A stretch of DNA of 64,000 nucleotides from Rhizomicrobium sp. (lineage in GTDB: Bacteria; Pseudomonadota; Alphaproteobacteria; Micropepsales; Micropepsaceae). Position 1 is the first letter of the stretch, and the number at the start of each line of letters is the position of its first letter. Below, in pieces: positions 56,853 to 64,000 of this stretch. The stretch lies in NCBI GenBank assembly GCA_036502185.1, contig DASXYZ010000002.1:2688-66687 (forward strand), given 5' to 3'. The position numbers and the translations under genes were made by a program. The notes below the pieces were generated by a model that was given only the letters and a program-made list of their open reading frames with translations, was not told where the DNA came from and made no database searches.

Positions 56853-57386
56853 CTATGCTTCCGCCATCGCGATTTCCGCGGCGAGTTCGCCCTTGGGGCC
56901 ATCGCCGACGCGGACGCGCACCTTCTGGCCTTCCTTCAACTCGCGGATGCCGGAGCGGCGCAGCATTTCCATGTGCACGAAAATATCGGGCGTATCGGGG
57001 CCGCGCGAGACGAAGCCGTAGCCCTTGCCGCGATTGAACCACTTCACCGTCGCCTCGAAGGCCGGTCCGTGCGGTACCACGTTGTAGCGCGCGGAGCGCT
57101 GCGCCGCCTGGGGCAGAGCAGGCGCCATGGAATTGTCGAGCACGAGCAACCGCCGCGCCTGGAGACCTTTCGGCCCCTGGACGGCTTCGCACACCACGCG
57201 AGCGCCTTCCTGCGCAACCTTGAATCCGGACTGCCGCACGCATGTCTGATGAAGAAGAATGTCCCCTTGCGGACCTGCGGAAGGTTTGATGAATCCGTAG
57301 CCCTTTGCCACGTCAAACCACTTCACGGAACCGGCAACTTCGAACGCCTCGCCCCCAACGGCGGGCGACGTAGCCTGCGTTTCCAT
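56853..57386 (-). CDS. Cold-shock protein with two CSD domains
   Basis: Two domains: VKWFDVAKGYGFI..DILLH and VKWFNRGKGYGFV..DIFVH. Confidence 0.92.
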   Translation of the reverse strand: METQATSPAVGGEAFEVAGSVKWFDVAKGYGFIKPSAGPQGDILLHQTCVRQSGFKVAQEGARVVCEAVQGPKGLQARRLLVLDNSMAPALPQAAQRSARYNVVPHGPAFEATVKWFNRGKGYGFVSRGPDTPDIFVHMEMLRRSGIRELKEGQKVRVRVGDGPKGELAAEIAMAEA

Positions 57387-57560
57387 CCCTACCCCCGACG
57401 CGATTTTTCCTGAACTGTGCAGGAATTGTTAAGCACGCTACCACAAAGCCTGCGGGTGGAAAAGCGTGGGCGGCGCAAACTGGCGCAGAAAGTTTCTTCT
57501 GCGCCCGGAAAACTGGTAAGTCCCGATGGCGTAGCGCAAATTTTTCCGGGGGACCCACCG

Positions 57561-58172
57561 ATGGAATTTGCCGGCCGCTACCTCATCCCGGCCGCGCCCG
57601 ACTTCGTCTGGGCCGCCTTGAACAATCCCGACGTGCTGAAGGCCAGCGTGCCGGGGTGCGAACGCCTGGCGCGGGTCGCTGCGCATCGTTTCGATGCCGT
57701 GGCCTCGCTGCGCATCGGTCCGGTGAAGGCCACGTTCAAGGCCAATATCGAACAAAGCGATCTCGATCCGCCGCACCGCTGCGTACTCAAGGGCGAAGGG
57801 CGCGGCGGAGTCGCAGGATTCGCGCGCGGGGAAGCGGAAGTGCTGCTCGCGCCCGAGGCGGACGGCACCGTTCTCTCCTACACCGCGAAAGCGACGCTCG
57901 GTGGCAAGCTCGCGCAGATCGGGCAACGGTTGATCGACGGTGCCGCCCGGCAGATCGCCGACGATTTCTTCGCGCGCTTCGCAGCGCAAGTTGCGATTAT
58001 CCTGCCCCCGCCGGAGCCGGAGGAAATGCTTGCAGCTGTTGAAACAGAGAGTGTGTCCGAACCCGCCACAGCCTCAGCCGAACGACGCGAGGGCGTTGCG
58101 CCGGAAATCTGGGTCGTCGGTCTGATCGCCGTCATCGTTATCCTGCTGGTCCTGTTCGGCGTCGCGCTGTAA
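57561..58172 (+). CDS. coxG: CoxG/SRPBCC family protein
   Basis: VWAALNNPDVLKASVPGCE, IGPVKA.F, GGKLAQIGQRLI, C-terminal TM anchor. Confidence 0.88.
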   Translation: MEFAGRYLIPAAPDFVWAALNNPDVLKASVPGCERLARVAAHRFDAVASLRIGPVKATFKANIEQSDLDPPHRCVLKGEGRGGVAGFARGEAEVLLAPEADGTVLSYTAKATLGGKLAQIGQRLIDGAARQIADDFFARFAAQVAIILPPPEPEEMLAAVETESVSEPATASAERREGVAPEIWVVGLIAVIVILLVLFGVAL

Positions 58173-58216
58173 GGCGCGCTTGACCACCTGCACGGGCCAC
58201 GACTATCGGTGGGACC

Positions 58217-58693
58217 GTGACAAGCGTCAGCATGACCGTAAACGGCGAGCCGGTGCGAGCGGATGTCGAAGACCGTACGCTGCTCGTGTATTTCCTGCGC
58301 GAGCATCTCGGGCTCACCGGAACCCATATCGGCTGCGACACCAGCCAGTGCGGCGCTTGCGTAGTGCATGTAGACGGCCGCGCGGCCAAGGCGTGCACAC
58401 TCTTTGCCTGCCAGCTGGACGGCGCACAGATCACGACGATCGAAGGCATCGCGAAGGACGGCGTTTTGCATCCCGTGCAGGAGGCCTTCCGCGAACACCA
58501 CGCACTGCAATGCGGCTTCTGCACGCCGGGCATGATCATGACGGCGCTCGACATGATCCGCCGCGGACGCGCTGGCGACCGGGCGACGATCCGGCGCGAA
58601 CTCGACGGCAATCTTTGCCGCTGCACCGGCTATCACAACATCGTGGATGCGATCGAAGCCGCGGCACGGGGCATGAAGGGAGCGGCCGCGTGA
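58217..58693 (+). CDS. coxS: Xanthine dehydrogenase/CO dehydrogenase family 2Fe-2S small subunit
   Basis: [27 protein letters not shown]. Confidence 0.92.
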   Translation: MTSVSMTVNGEPVRADVEDRTLLVYFLREHLGLTGTHIGCDTSQCGACVVHVDGRAAKACTLFACQLDGAQITTIEGIAKDGVLHPVQEAFREHHALQCGFCTPGMIMTALDMIRRGRAGDRATIRRELDGNLCRCTGYHNIVDAIEAAARGMKGAAA

Positions 58694-59511
58694 TCCCGTA
58701 CGCGTTCCAATATCATCGGCCGCAGAACCTTGCCGCCGCGGAGTCGCTGTTCATGAACGCCGCTGATGCGCGCTATCTCGCGGGCGGGCAGACGCTCATT
58801 CCCACAATGAAACAGCGCCTCGCCAGCCCCTCCGACCTGATTGATCTCTCGCGGCTGGGACTGGATCATATCCGCACGGAGGACCGCGGCATTGTCGTGG
58901 GTGCCGGAACCTGCCACTGCGACGTTGCGGAGTCGGGAGAAATCCGCAGCCGCATTCCGGCGCTTGCGGCGCTCGCACGTTCGATCGGCGATCCGGCGGT
59001 GCGTCACCGGGGCACGCTTGGCGGCTCGCTCGCCAACAGCGATCCCGCCGCCGATTATCCGGCTGCGGTACTCGGGCTCGGCGCAACGATCCGCACGACA
59101 AAGCGCGCGATTGAAAGCGACGCGTATTTCACCGGCATGTTCGAAACCGCGTTGCAGCCTGGCGAGATTATTACCGAGATTTCTTTCCCTGTTCCCGGGC
59201 GCGCGGGTTACGCGAAATTCCGCAATCCCGCTTCCGGTTACGCAACCGTCGGGGTGTTTGTTGCGCAATTCGGCGCCGCGGTTCGCCTGGCGGTTACGGG
59301 CGCGGGGCCCTTCGTATTCCATGGACCTGAAATGGAAGCTGCGTTGAGGAAGCAGTTTGAACCGGAAGCGGTGACGGGGATCGTGATTTCGGCCGACCGT
59401 CTCAATGCAGATCTGCACGCCTCGGCGGAATATCGGGCCCATCTGGTGTCGGTGATGGCGAAGCGCGCCATCGAAGACGCGCTGCACAGCCACGCGGAGC
59501 TTTCGACATGA
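58690..59511 (+). CDS. coxM: Xanthine dehydrogenase/CO dehydrogenase family FAD-binding medium subunit
   Basis: [43 protein letters not shown]; GTGA overlap with coxS. Confidence 0.9.
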   Translation: MIPYAFQYHRPQNLAAAESLFMNAADARYLAGGQTLIPTMKQRLASPSDLIDLSRLGLDHIRTEDRGIVVGAGTCHCDVAESGEIRSRIPALAALARSIGDPAVRHRGTLGGSLANSDPAADYPAAVLGLGATIRTTKRAIESDAYFTGMFETALQPGEIITEISFPVPGRAGYAKFRNPASGYATVGVFVAQFGAAVRLAVTGAGPFVFHGPEMEAALRKQFEPEAVTGIVISADRLNADLHASAEYRAHLVSVMAKRAIEDALHSHAELST

Positions 59512-59828
59512 GCACGGACGACGACGTCCTCGAAACCGCTGAACGATGGCTTGCCGCCGGGCGCAGGGTCGCGCTCGCGACGGTGGTGGAGACCTGGGGT
59601 TCGGCGCCGCGGCCGGCCGGTAGCGCGATGGCGATCGGCGACGACGGCGCCTTTGTCGGCTCGATTTCCGGCGGCTGCGTGGAAGGCGCAGTGATCGAGG
59701 CGGCCGCCGAAACGCTGCGCAGCAGCAGCCCACGCGAACTGAAATTCGGCATCGCCGATGCGAACGCCTGGTCTGTCGGCCTCGCCTGCGGCGGCCAGAT
59801 CCGCGTGTATGTCGAACCGATCGCCTGA
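59508..59828 (+). CDS. xdhC: XdhC/CoxI family protein, N-terminal module
   Basis: ALATVVETWGSAPRP.GS, GSISGGCVE, GLACGG. Confidence 0.88.
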   Translation: MSTDDDVLETAERWLAAGRRVALATVVETWGSAPRPAGSAMAIGDDGAFVGSISGGCVEGAVIEAAAETLRSSSPRELKFGIADANAWSVGLACGGQIRVYVEPIA

Positions 59829-59843
59829 GCGGCGCACCCGGGC

Positions 59844-60581
59844 ATGAAACGCTCGACGCTCCAGGCGCTTCGCGAAGCGAGCAAAACCGGCAAAGCGCTG
59901 GTGCGCGCGGTCGATCTCGCAACCGGCGAAGAACAGCTGCTCGATCCGTTTGCAGACGACACACTCCTCGGCCGCGCGGCGGCGGAAGCGGCGCGGACGG
60001 GTCGCAGCGGGCCCAGAGAGATCGGCGGCCGCAGCTGGTTTATCGAAGTCCACAACCCGCCGCTTGATCTCCGGATCATAGGTGCCGTGCACATCGCCCA
60101 GCCCCTCGCGCGCATGGCGATACTCGCCGAATATCGCGTGACGGTGATCGATCCGCGCAGCGCCTTTGCGACGCAGGCGCGATTTCCCGGCGTGCGGCTC
60201 TCGCATGACTGGCCCGACGAGGCGCTCGCGCACGAGCCCTTGTCACCACGCAGCGCGCTCGTCACGCTGACACACGATTCCAAGATCGACGATCCCGCGC
60301 TCGCCACGGCACTCAGGTCAGACTGCTTCTACATCGGCGCGCTCGGATCGAAGAAGACGCACTCGGCGCGTCTCGCGCGCCTGAAGGAACAGGGATTCGG
60401 AGAGACGGAGCTTGGCCGTATTCGCGGGCCCGTCGGGCTTGCGATCGGCGCGCGCTCGCCCGCCGAGATCGCCATCTCCATTCTCGCGGACATGACATTG
60501 AAGCTGCGCGCGGACGGCGCTTGGGAGCGATCCACCGTCCGCGCGACAGCCCATACGGGGACTTCCCCCCGTTCCTGGTAG
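59844..60581 (+). CDS. xdhC: XdhC family protein, Rossmann C-terminal module
   Basis: IGAVHIAQPL, VIDPR, LTHDSKIDD, YIGALGS, GPVGL.IGA.SPAEIAISI. Confidence 0.88.
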   Translation: MKRSTLQALREASKTGKALVRAVDLATGEEQLLDPFADDTLLGRAAAEAARTGRSGPREIGGRSWFIEVHNPPLDLRIIGAVHIAQPLARMAILAEYRVTVIDPRSAFATQARFPGVRLSHDWPDEALAHEPLSPRSALVTLTHDSKIDDPALATALRSDCFYIGALGSKKTHSARLARLKEQGFGETELGRIRGPVGLAIGARSPAEIAISILADMTLKLRADGAWERSTVRATAHTGTSPRSW

Positions 60582-60589
60582 CGGCTGGC

Positions 60590-61468
60590 CTAGTTGCGGC
60601 TGGCGAGTTTGCTTCGCCGCGACGTCGTCATTTCGTCTTCCGTTACGGTGCCGTCGTTGTTCTTGTCGAGCCGCGAGAACAGCCGTTCCCGCGACGCCGC
60701 AAATTCCGCCAGCGTGAGCTTGCCGTCGCGATCCTTGTCCAGACGCTGGAACACGCGCTCGGATATTGTGCGCGATTGTGCGGCGACGAGCGCGATGTAC
60801 TGCGCTGCATTGAGGCTGCCGCCCTTGGCGAAGGCATTGAACTGCTGCCCAGTCAATTTGTCGAATTCGGCGCGCGTCACCTTGCCGTCGCGGTTGGTGT
60901 CGTAGTTGAAGCAGAGGCTCGATCGTCCGCGCGCGCCGGCGCCGGGGCCCGACGACGAACTGCTGCGGCTGCGTGAGAGCGCGGTGCCGGCCGAGCGTCC
61001 GCCTCGCGAGGAGGCGCAGGAAATCACCCCGGTGCCGTCGCGATCCATCTGCTCGAAGCGGTCGTGCTCGGCCGCCATGTACTCGTCGGCCGTGATCCTG
61101 CCGTCGCCGTTCCAGTCGATGCGATGAAAATCCGCGGCAGCCTGTTCGCGCGAGTCCTTCTGATAAATCCCGGCGTACTCGTCGAGCGTCATGGCCGGTG
61201 CGCCTTTCGTTGCGGTCGAAAATTCGTGCGCCAGCGTGCGGTTGAATTCGTCATGCGTGACCTTCCCGTCGCCGTTGCTATCGAACTCGGCGAGGAATTT
61301 CTGCGAGAACCGTCCCCGCCCGGTATAGGTCTGTACGCTGCTCCCGCTGTTCGTGTTTTGCCGGTGCGCGGCCGGCGCGGACGAACCACCCATTCGCGCG
61401 ACTGCCACGCCCGTGCCCACTGCCAGCGCCGCCGTCAGAAGCAGGCCATATCGAATTGTCTGTTTCAT
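60590..61468 (-). CDS. Secreted multi-EF-hand protein
   Basis: Signal peptide; about six DxN/DxDG loops (DSNGDGKVTHDE, DWNGDGRITADE, DTNRDGKVTRAE, DKDRDGKLTLAE, DKNNDGTVTEDE); GAGGAG RBS. Confidence 0.85.
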   Translation of the reverse strand: MKQTIRYGLLLTAALAVGTGVAVARMGGSSAPAAHRQNTNSGSSVQTYTGRGRFSQKFLAEFDSNGDGKVTHDEFNRTLAHEFSTATKGAPAMTLDEYAGIYQKDSREQAAADFHRIDWNGDGRITADEYMAAEHDRFEQMDRDGTGVISCASSRGGRSAGTALSRSRSSSSSGPGAGARGRSSLCFNYDTNRDGKVTRAEFDKLTGQQFNAFAKGGSLNAAQYIALVAAQSRTISERVFQRLDKDRDGKLTLAEFAASRERLFSRLDKNNDGTVTEDEMTTSRRSKLASRN

Positions 61469-61587
61469 TGAAGTCATCTCCTCTTGGCACTCCTGGTGCC
61501 CGCGAAGTGATAACCGCCGGTCCGTCGCGGAACTTTGTCCGGCAGCCCGCCGAATGGTCGCAATTTGCCCCGCCCCTCCCGGCTTTT

Positions 61588-61603
61588 GCGACAGGTTGTG
61601 ACA
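61588..61603. promoter_or_regulatory. Putative OmpR-family tandem binding site
   Basis: GCGACA-N4-GTGACA, a 10-bp-period direct repeat between the divergent EF-hand gene and the response regulator. Confidence 0.5.
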
Positions 61604-61658
61604 AATCCCGATTGCGGGCCGCCCTCCCGCGCGGCATGAATGGAATCGGAGAAGGACG

Positions 61659-62387
61659 ATGCTCAAGGACGACGCCAAACCGCATGTGCTGATCGTCGAG
61701 GACGCGCGCGATATCCGCGAGCCCCTCGCGCGCTACCTGCGCGAACACGGCTACCGCACCACGACGGCGGCCGACGCCCAGGTGGCGCGCAAGGTGATGA
61801 AGGGCGCGGCCATCGATCTCGTGGTGCTCGACATCATGATGCCGGGCGAGGACGGCCTCAGCCTCTGCCGCTATATCCGCGAGACCTCGCAGATCCCGGT
61901 GGTGCTGCTCACCGCGCGCGGCGAGGAGGTCGATCGCATCATCGGCCTCGAAATGGGCGCGGACGACTACATTCCGAAGCCGTTCAGCCCGCGCGAGCTG
62001 GTGGCCCGCATCGCGGCCGTACTCCGCCGCACCCAGGCACTGCCGCCTCGCCAGCACCCGCCCAAGGCCGACCGCATCCGCTTCGGCGACTGGATGCTCG
62101 ATACCGGCCAGCGCGAGCTGATCGACAAGGAAGGAATGGCGACCGCGCTGTCGAGCGGCGAATTCCGGCTTCTGAGCGCGCTGATCGACCGGCCCAAAAT
62201 GGCACTCAACCGCAACCAGCTTCTCGACCTGACCAAGGGGCGCGACGCCGACCTGTTCGACCGCAGCATCGACAATCATGTCAGCCGGCTGCGCAAAAAA
62301 CTCGAGCCGGACCCCAAGAATCCGCGCTATATCAAGACGGTGTGGGGCGGCGGATACATGTTCGCAGTGGAACCCGAATTCGCATGA
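61659..62387 (+). CDS. OmpR-family response regulator
   Basis: VLIVED, VLDIMMPGEDG, GADDYIPKPF, RSIDNHVSRLRKK, TVWGGGY. Confidence 0.93.
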   Translation: MLKDDAKPHVLIVEDARDIREPLARYLREHGYRTTTAADAQVARKVMKGAAIDLVVLDIMMPGEDGLSLCRYIRETSQIPVVLLTARGEEVDRIIGLEMGADDYIPKPFSPRELVARIAAVLRRTQALPPRQHPPKADRIRFGDWMLDTGQRELIDKEGMATALSSGEFRLLSALIDRPKMALNRNQLLDLTKGRDADLFDRSIDNHVSRLRKKLEPDPKNPRYIKTVWGGGYMFAVEPEFA

Positions 62388-63751
62388 ACCTGTGGCCACG
62401 CCATTGGTGGCCTAGAACCCTGGGCGCGCAGCTGGTCGTGCTCGCGGCCACGGCGGTCATCGCATCCAATATCGCCGTCGGCATCTGGTTCGCGACCGCG
62501 CAGGAGCAACTCGCCGAAACCTCGATCGCCGAGCGCCTGCTCGATCGGGGCGTTTCGGCCGCCACGCTTCTGAGCGGCATCCCGGCGCGCGAACGCGAGG
62601 CCGCGGTCCAGACCATGAGTTCGGGGCCGTGGCATTTTCGCCTGGTCTACGGCCGGCCGGCCACGCGCCCGATGAACGACGAAGAGGCCCGCTACGCTGC
62701 GCGGGTACGGGCCATGCTTCCGCCGGCGCGCGCAAAACTTCCTGTCATCGTCAGCATCCGCAAGGGCACCCTGCCGGCTCCGCCCGACCGGGCGAGCGAA
62801 CCGCGTACGGGCACCATCGTCGAAGTCACGTTGCCGGTTGTCCGGCGAACGCAGCTCGTCACCACGTTCTCGCGCCCCTCGCCCCCGGCGTTTCCGCTCG
62901 AGGTCGTCATTGCAGCGCTCGTCGCCTTGCTCACCACATCAGCCGCCGCCGCCTTCATCGCGCGGCGCGTTGCGCGGCCGCTTTCCGAACTCGCAGCCGC
63001 CGCCACGGAAGCCGCCGACGGCGGGCACGCCCCGCGCGTCCCGGAGGAAGGTCCGGACGATGTGAGGCGTGCCGCCCGCGCCTTCAACCGCATGACCGAC
63101 CAGGTTTCGCGCACGCTCGACAGCCAGCGCAATCTGCTCTCCGCAGTGGGCCACGATCTGCGCACGCCCATCACCGCGATGCGGATCAATTCCGAATTCA
63201 TCGAAGACGAGGAACTGCGCCAGCGCATCCAGCGGAATCTGGAAGAACTGCAGGAGCTGACCGAGGCCGTGCTGTCGGCGGCACGAGGCGCGGGCGGCGA
63301 GAAGACGCGCAAGATCGACCTGGCGGCGCTCGTGGAGAGTCTGTGCACCGATCTTGACGAGATGGGCGAACCGGTATCCTGGTCCTCGCATTCGGCCGCG
63401 CCGGTGTGTTGCCGGCCGAACGAAATCCGGCGCGCCGTCCGCAATCTGATCCACAACGCCGTGGCGTATGGCAGCCGCGCCGAGGTGTGCCTCTCATCCG
63501 CGCCGGACCGCTACGACATCATCGTGGAGGACGAAGGACCCGGCATTCCCGACGCGGATCGCACGCGCGTGTTCGAACCTTTCGTGCGGCTCGATGCGTC
63601 GCGCAATGCCGAGACCGGCGGCTGCGGACTGGGGCTGACGCTCGTCAAGGCGATCGCCGAAGGCCATGGTGGGGGCATCGCGCTCGAGAGCCGCGGCGAG
63701 CGGGGCCTGCGCGCGCGGCTCAGCCTGCCGCGCGAGCCTGTCAGCGCCTGA
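62384..63751 (+). CDS. HAMP-domain sensor histidine kinase
   Basis: Two TMs, HAMP (EEGPDDVRRAARAFN), GHDLRTP, N box, DEGPGIP, GCGLGL; ATGA overlap. Confidence 0.93.
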   Translation: MNLWPRHWWPRTLGAQLVVLAATAVIASNIAVGIWFATAQEQLAETSIAERLLDRGVSAATLLSGIPAREREAAVQTMSSGPWHFRLVYGRPATRPMNDEEARYAARVRAMLPPARAKLPVIVSIRKGTLPAPPDRASEPRTGTIVEVTLPVVRRTQLVTTFSRPSPPAFPLEVVIAALVALLTTSAAAAFIARRVARPLSELAAAATEAADGGHAPRVPEEGPDDVRRAARAFNRMTDQVSRTLDSQRNLLSAVGHDLRTPITAMRINSEFIEDEELRQRIQRNLEELQELTEAVLSAARGAGGEKTRKIDLAALVESLCTDLDEMGEPVSWSSHSAAPVCCRPNEIRRAVRNLIHNAVAYGSRAEVCLSSAPDRYDIIVEDEGPGIPDADRTRVFEPFVRLDASRNAETGGCGLGLTLVKAIAEGHGGGIALESRGERGLRARLSLPREPVSA

Positions 63752-63758
63752 TTTGCCG

Positions 63759-64000
63759 ATGCAGATCGCCGCAATCGTGCTGGCTGCGGGACTCTCCACC
63801 CGCATGGGATGGAACAAGCTCGTCGAGGAAATCGGCGGGCAGCCGATGGTGCGGCGTGTCGTGGGAGCTGCGCTCGCAAGCCGCGCCCGTCCGTTGATCG
63901 TCGTCCTCGGCAACGAGGCGGAAGCCGTTCGCGGCGTGCTCGCGGGCCTGGATGTGCAAACGGTGGAAAATCCCGATTATCGCGAGGGGCTCGGCGCCTC
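63759..64000 (+). CDS. mocA: Molybdenum cofactor cytidylyltransferase (MocA-like), truncated by the window end
   Basis: AAIVLAAGLSTRMG.NKL, V.NPDY.EG. Confidence 0.85.
   Translation, partial: MQIAAIVLAAGLSTRMGWNKLVEEIGGQPMVRRVVGAALASRARPLIVVLGNEAEAVRGVLAGLDVQTVENPDYREGLGA

Noticed and set aside
751-63959. Many long Arg/Ala/Pro-rich ORFs on opposite strands or frames in the ORF track
   Set aside because: Expected shadow ORFs in 65% GC DNA; they overlap well-supported genes and lack motifs
1-64000. CRISPR array, prophage, integrase, transposase or defence operon
   Set aside because: No regularly spaced direct repeats, no matching protein motifs and no duplicated tRNA 3' ends were seen by eye

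Overview
GC-rich (about 65%) alphaproteobacterial chromosome segment. Gene order and repeat types suggest a Rhizomicrobium/Micropepsales-like organism (inference, no taxonomic search run). Core content: mce-rnj-coaX-birA, the complete nuoA-N complex I operon, hupB, valS-popZ-pcm, six tRNAs (Asp, Val, Cys, Asn, Arg, Pro), cysK-sseA-GNAT-POT-metC, csp-DUF192 and the NDUFS4-like complex I accessory gene. Accessory blocks sit between these: a cNMP/TrxR-like flavoprotein, a D,D-carboxypeptidase/L,D-transpeptidase pair, TPR proteins, a deacetylase, an orphan RND adaptor, arsR-arsI, a barrel-copC-copD unit, secreted beta-propeller and EF-hand proteins, an OmpR/HK pair, and a coxG-S-M-xdhC-mocA cluster lacking the large subunit. 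No CRISPR array, integrase, transposase or prophage was seen. The main signals outside the ORF track are: (1) a 129-bp palindromic REP/MITE-like element inserted in frame in the nuoM C-terminus, part of a set of about six REP-like families in the window; (2) a candidate ~70-nt sRNA between tRNA-Cys and tRNA-Asn, with a perfect CtrA box, a -10-like hexamer and an intrinsic terminator; (3) a 69-codon low-GC cassette inside valS; (4) an unannotated 26-aa membrane microprotein behind a GGAAC-N16-CGTT general-stress promoter. Two apparent single-base frameshifts (TPR gene, lactone oxidase) may be real or may be sequencing errors. Several start codons were moved from the ORF track using homology and RBS/overlap logic.
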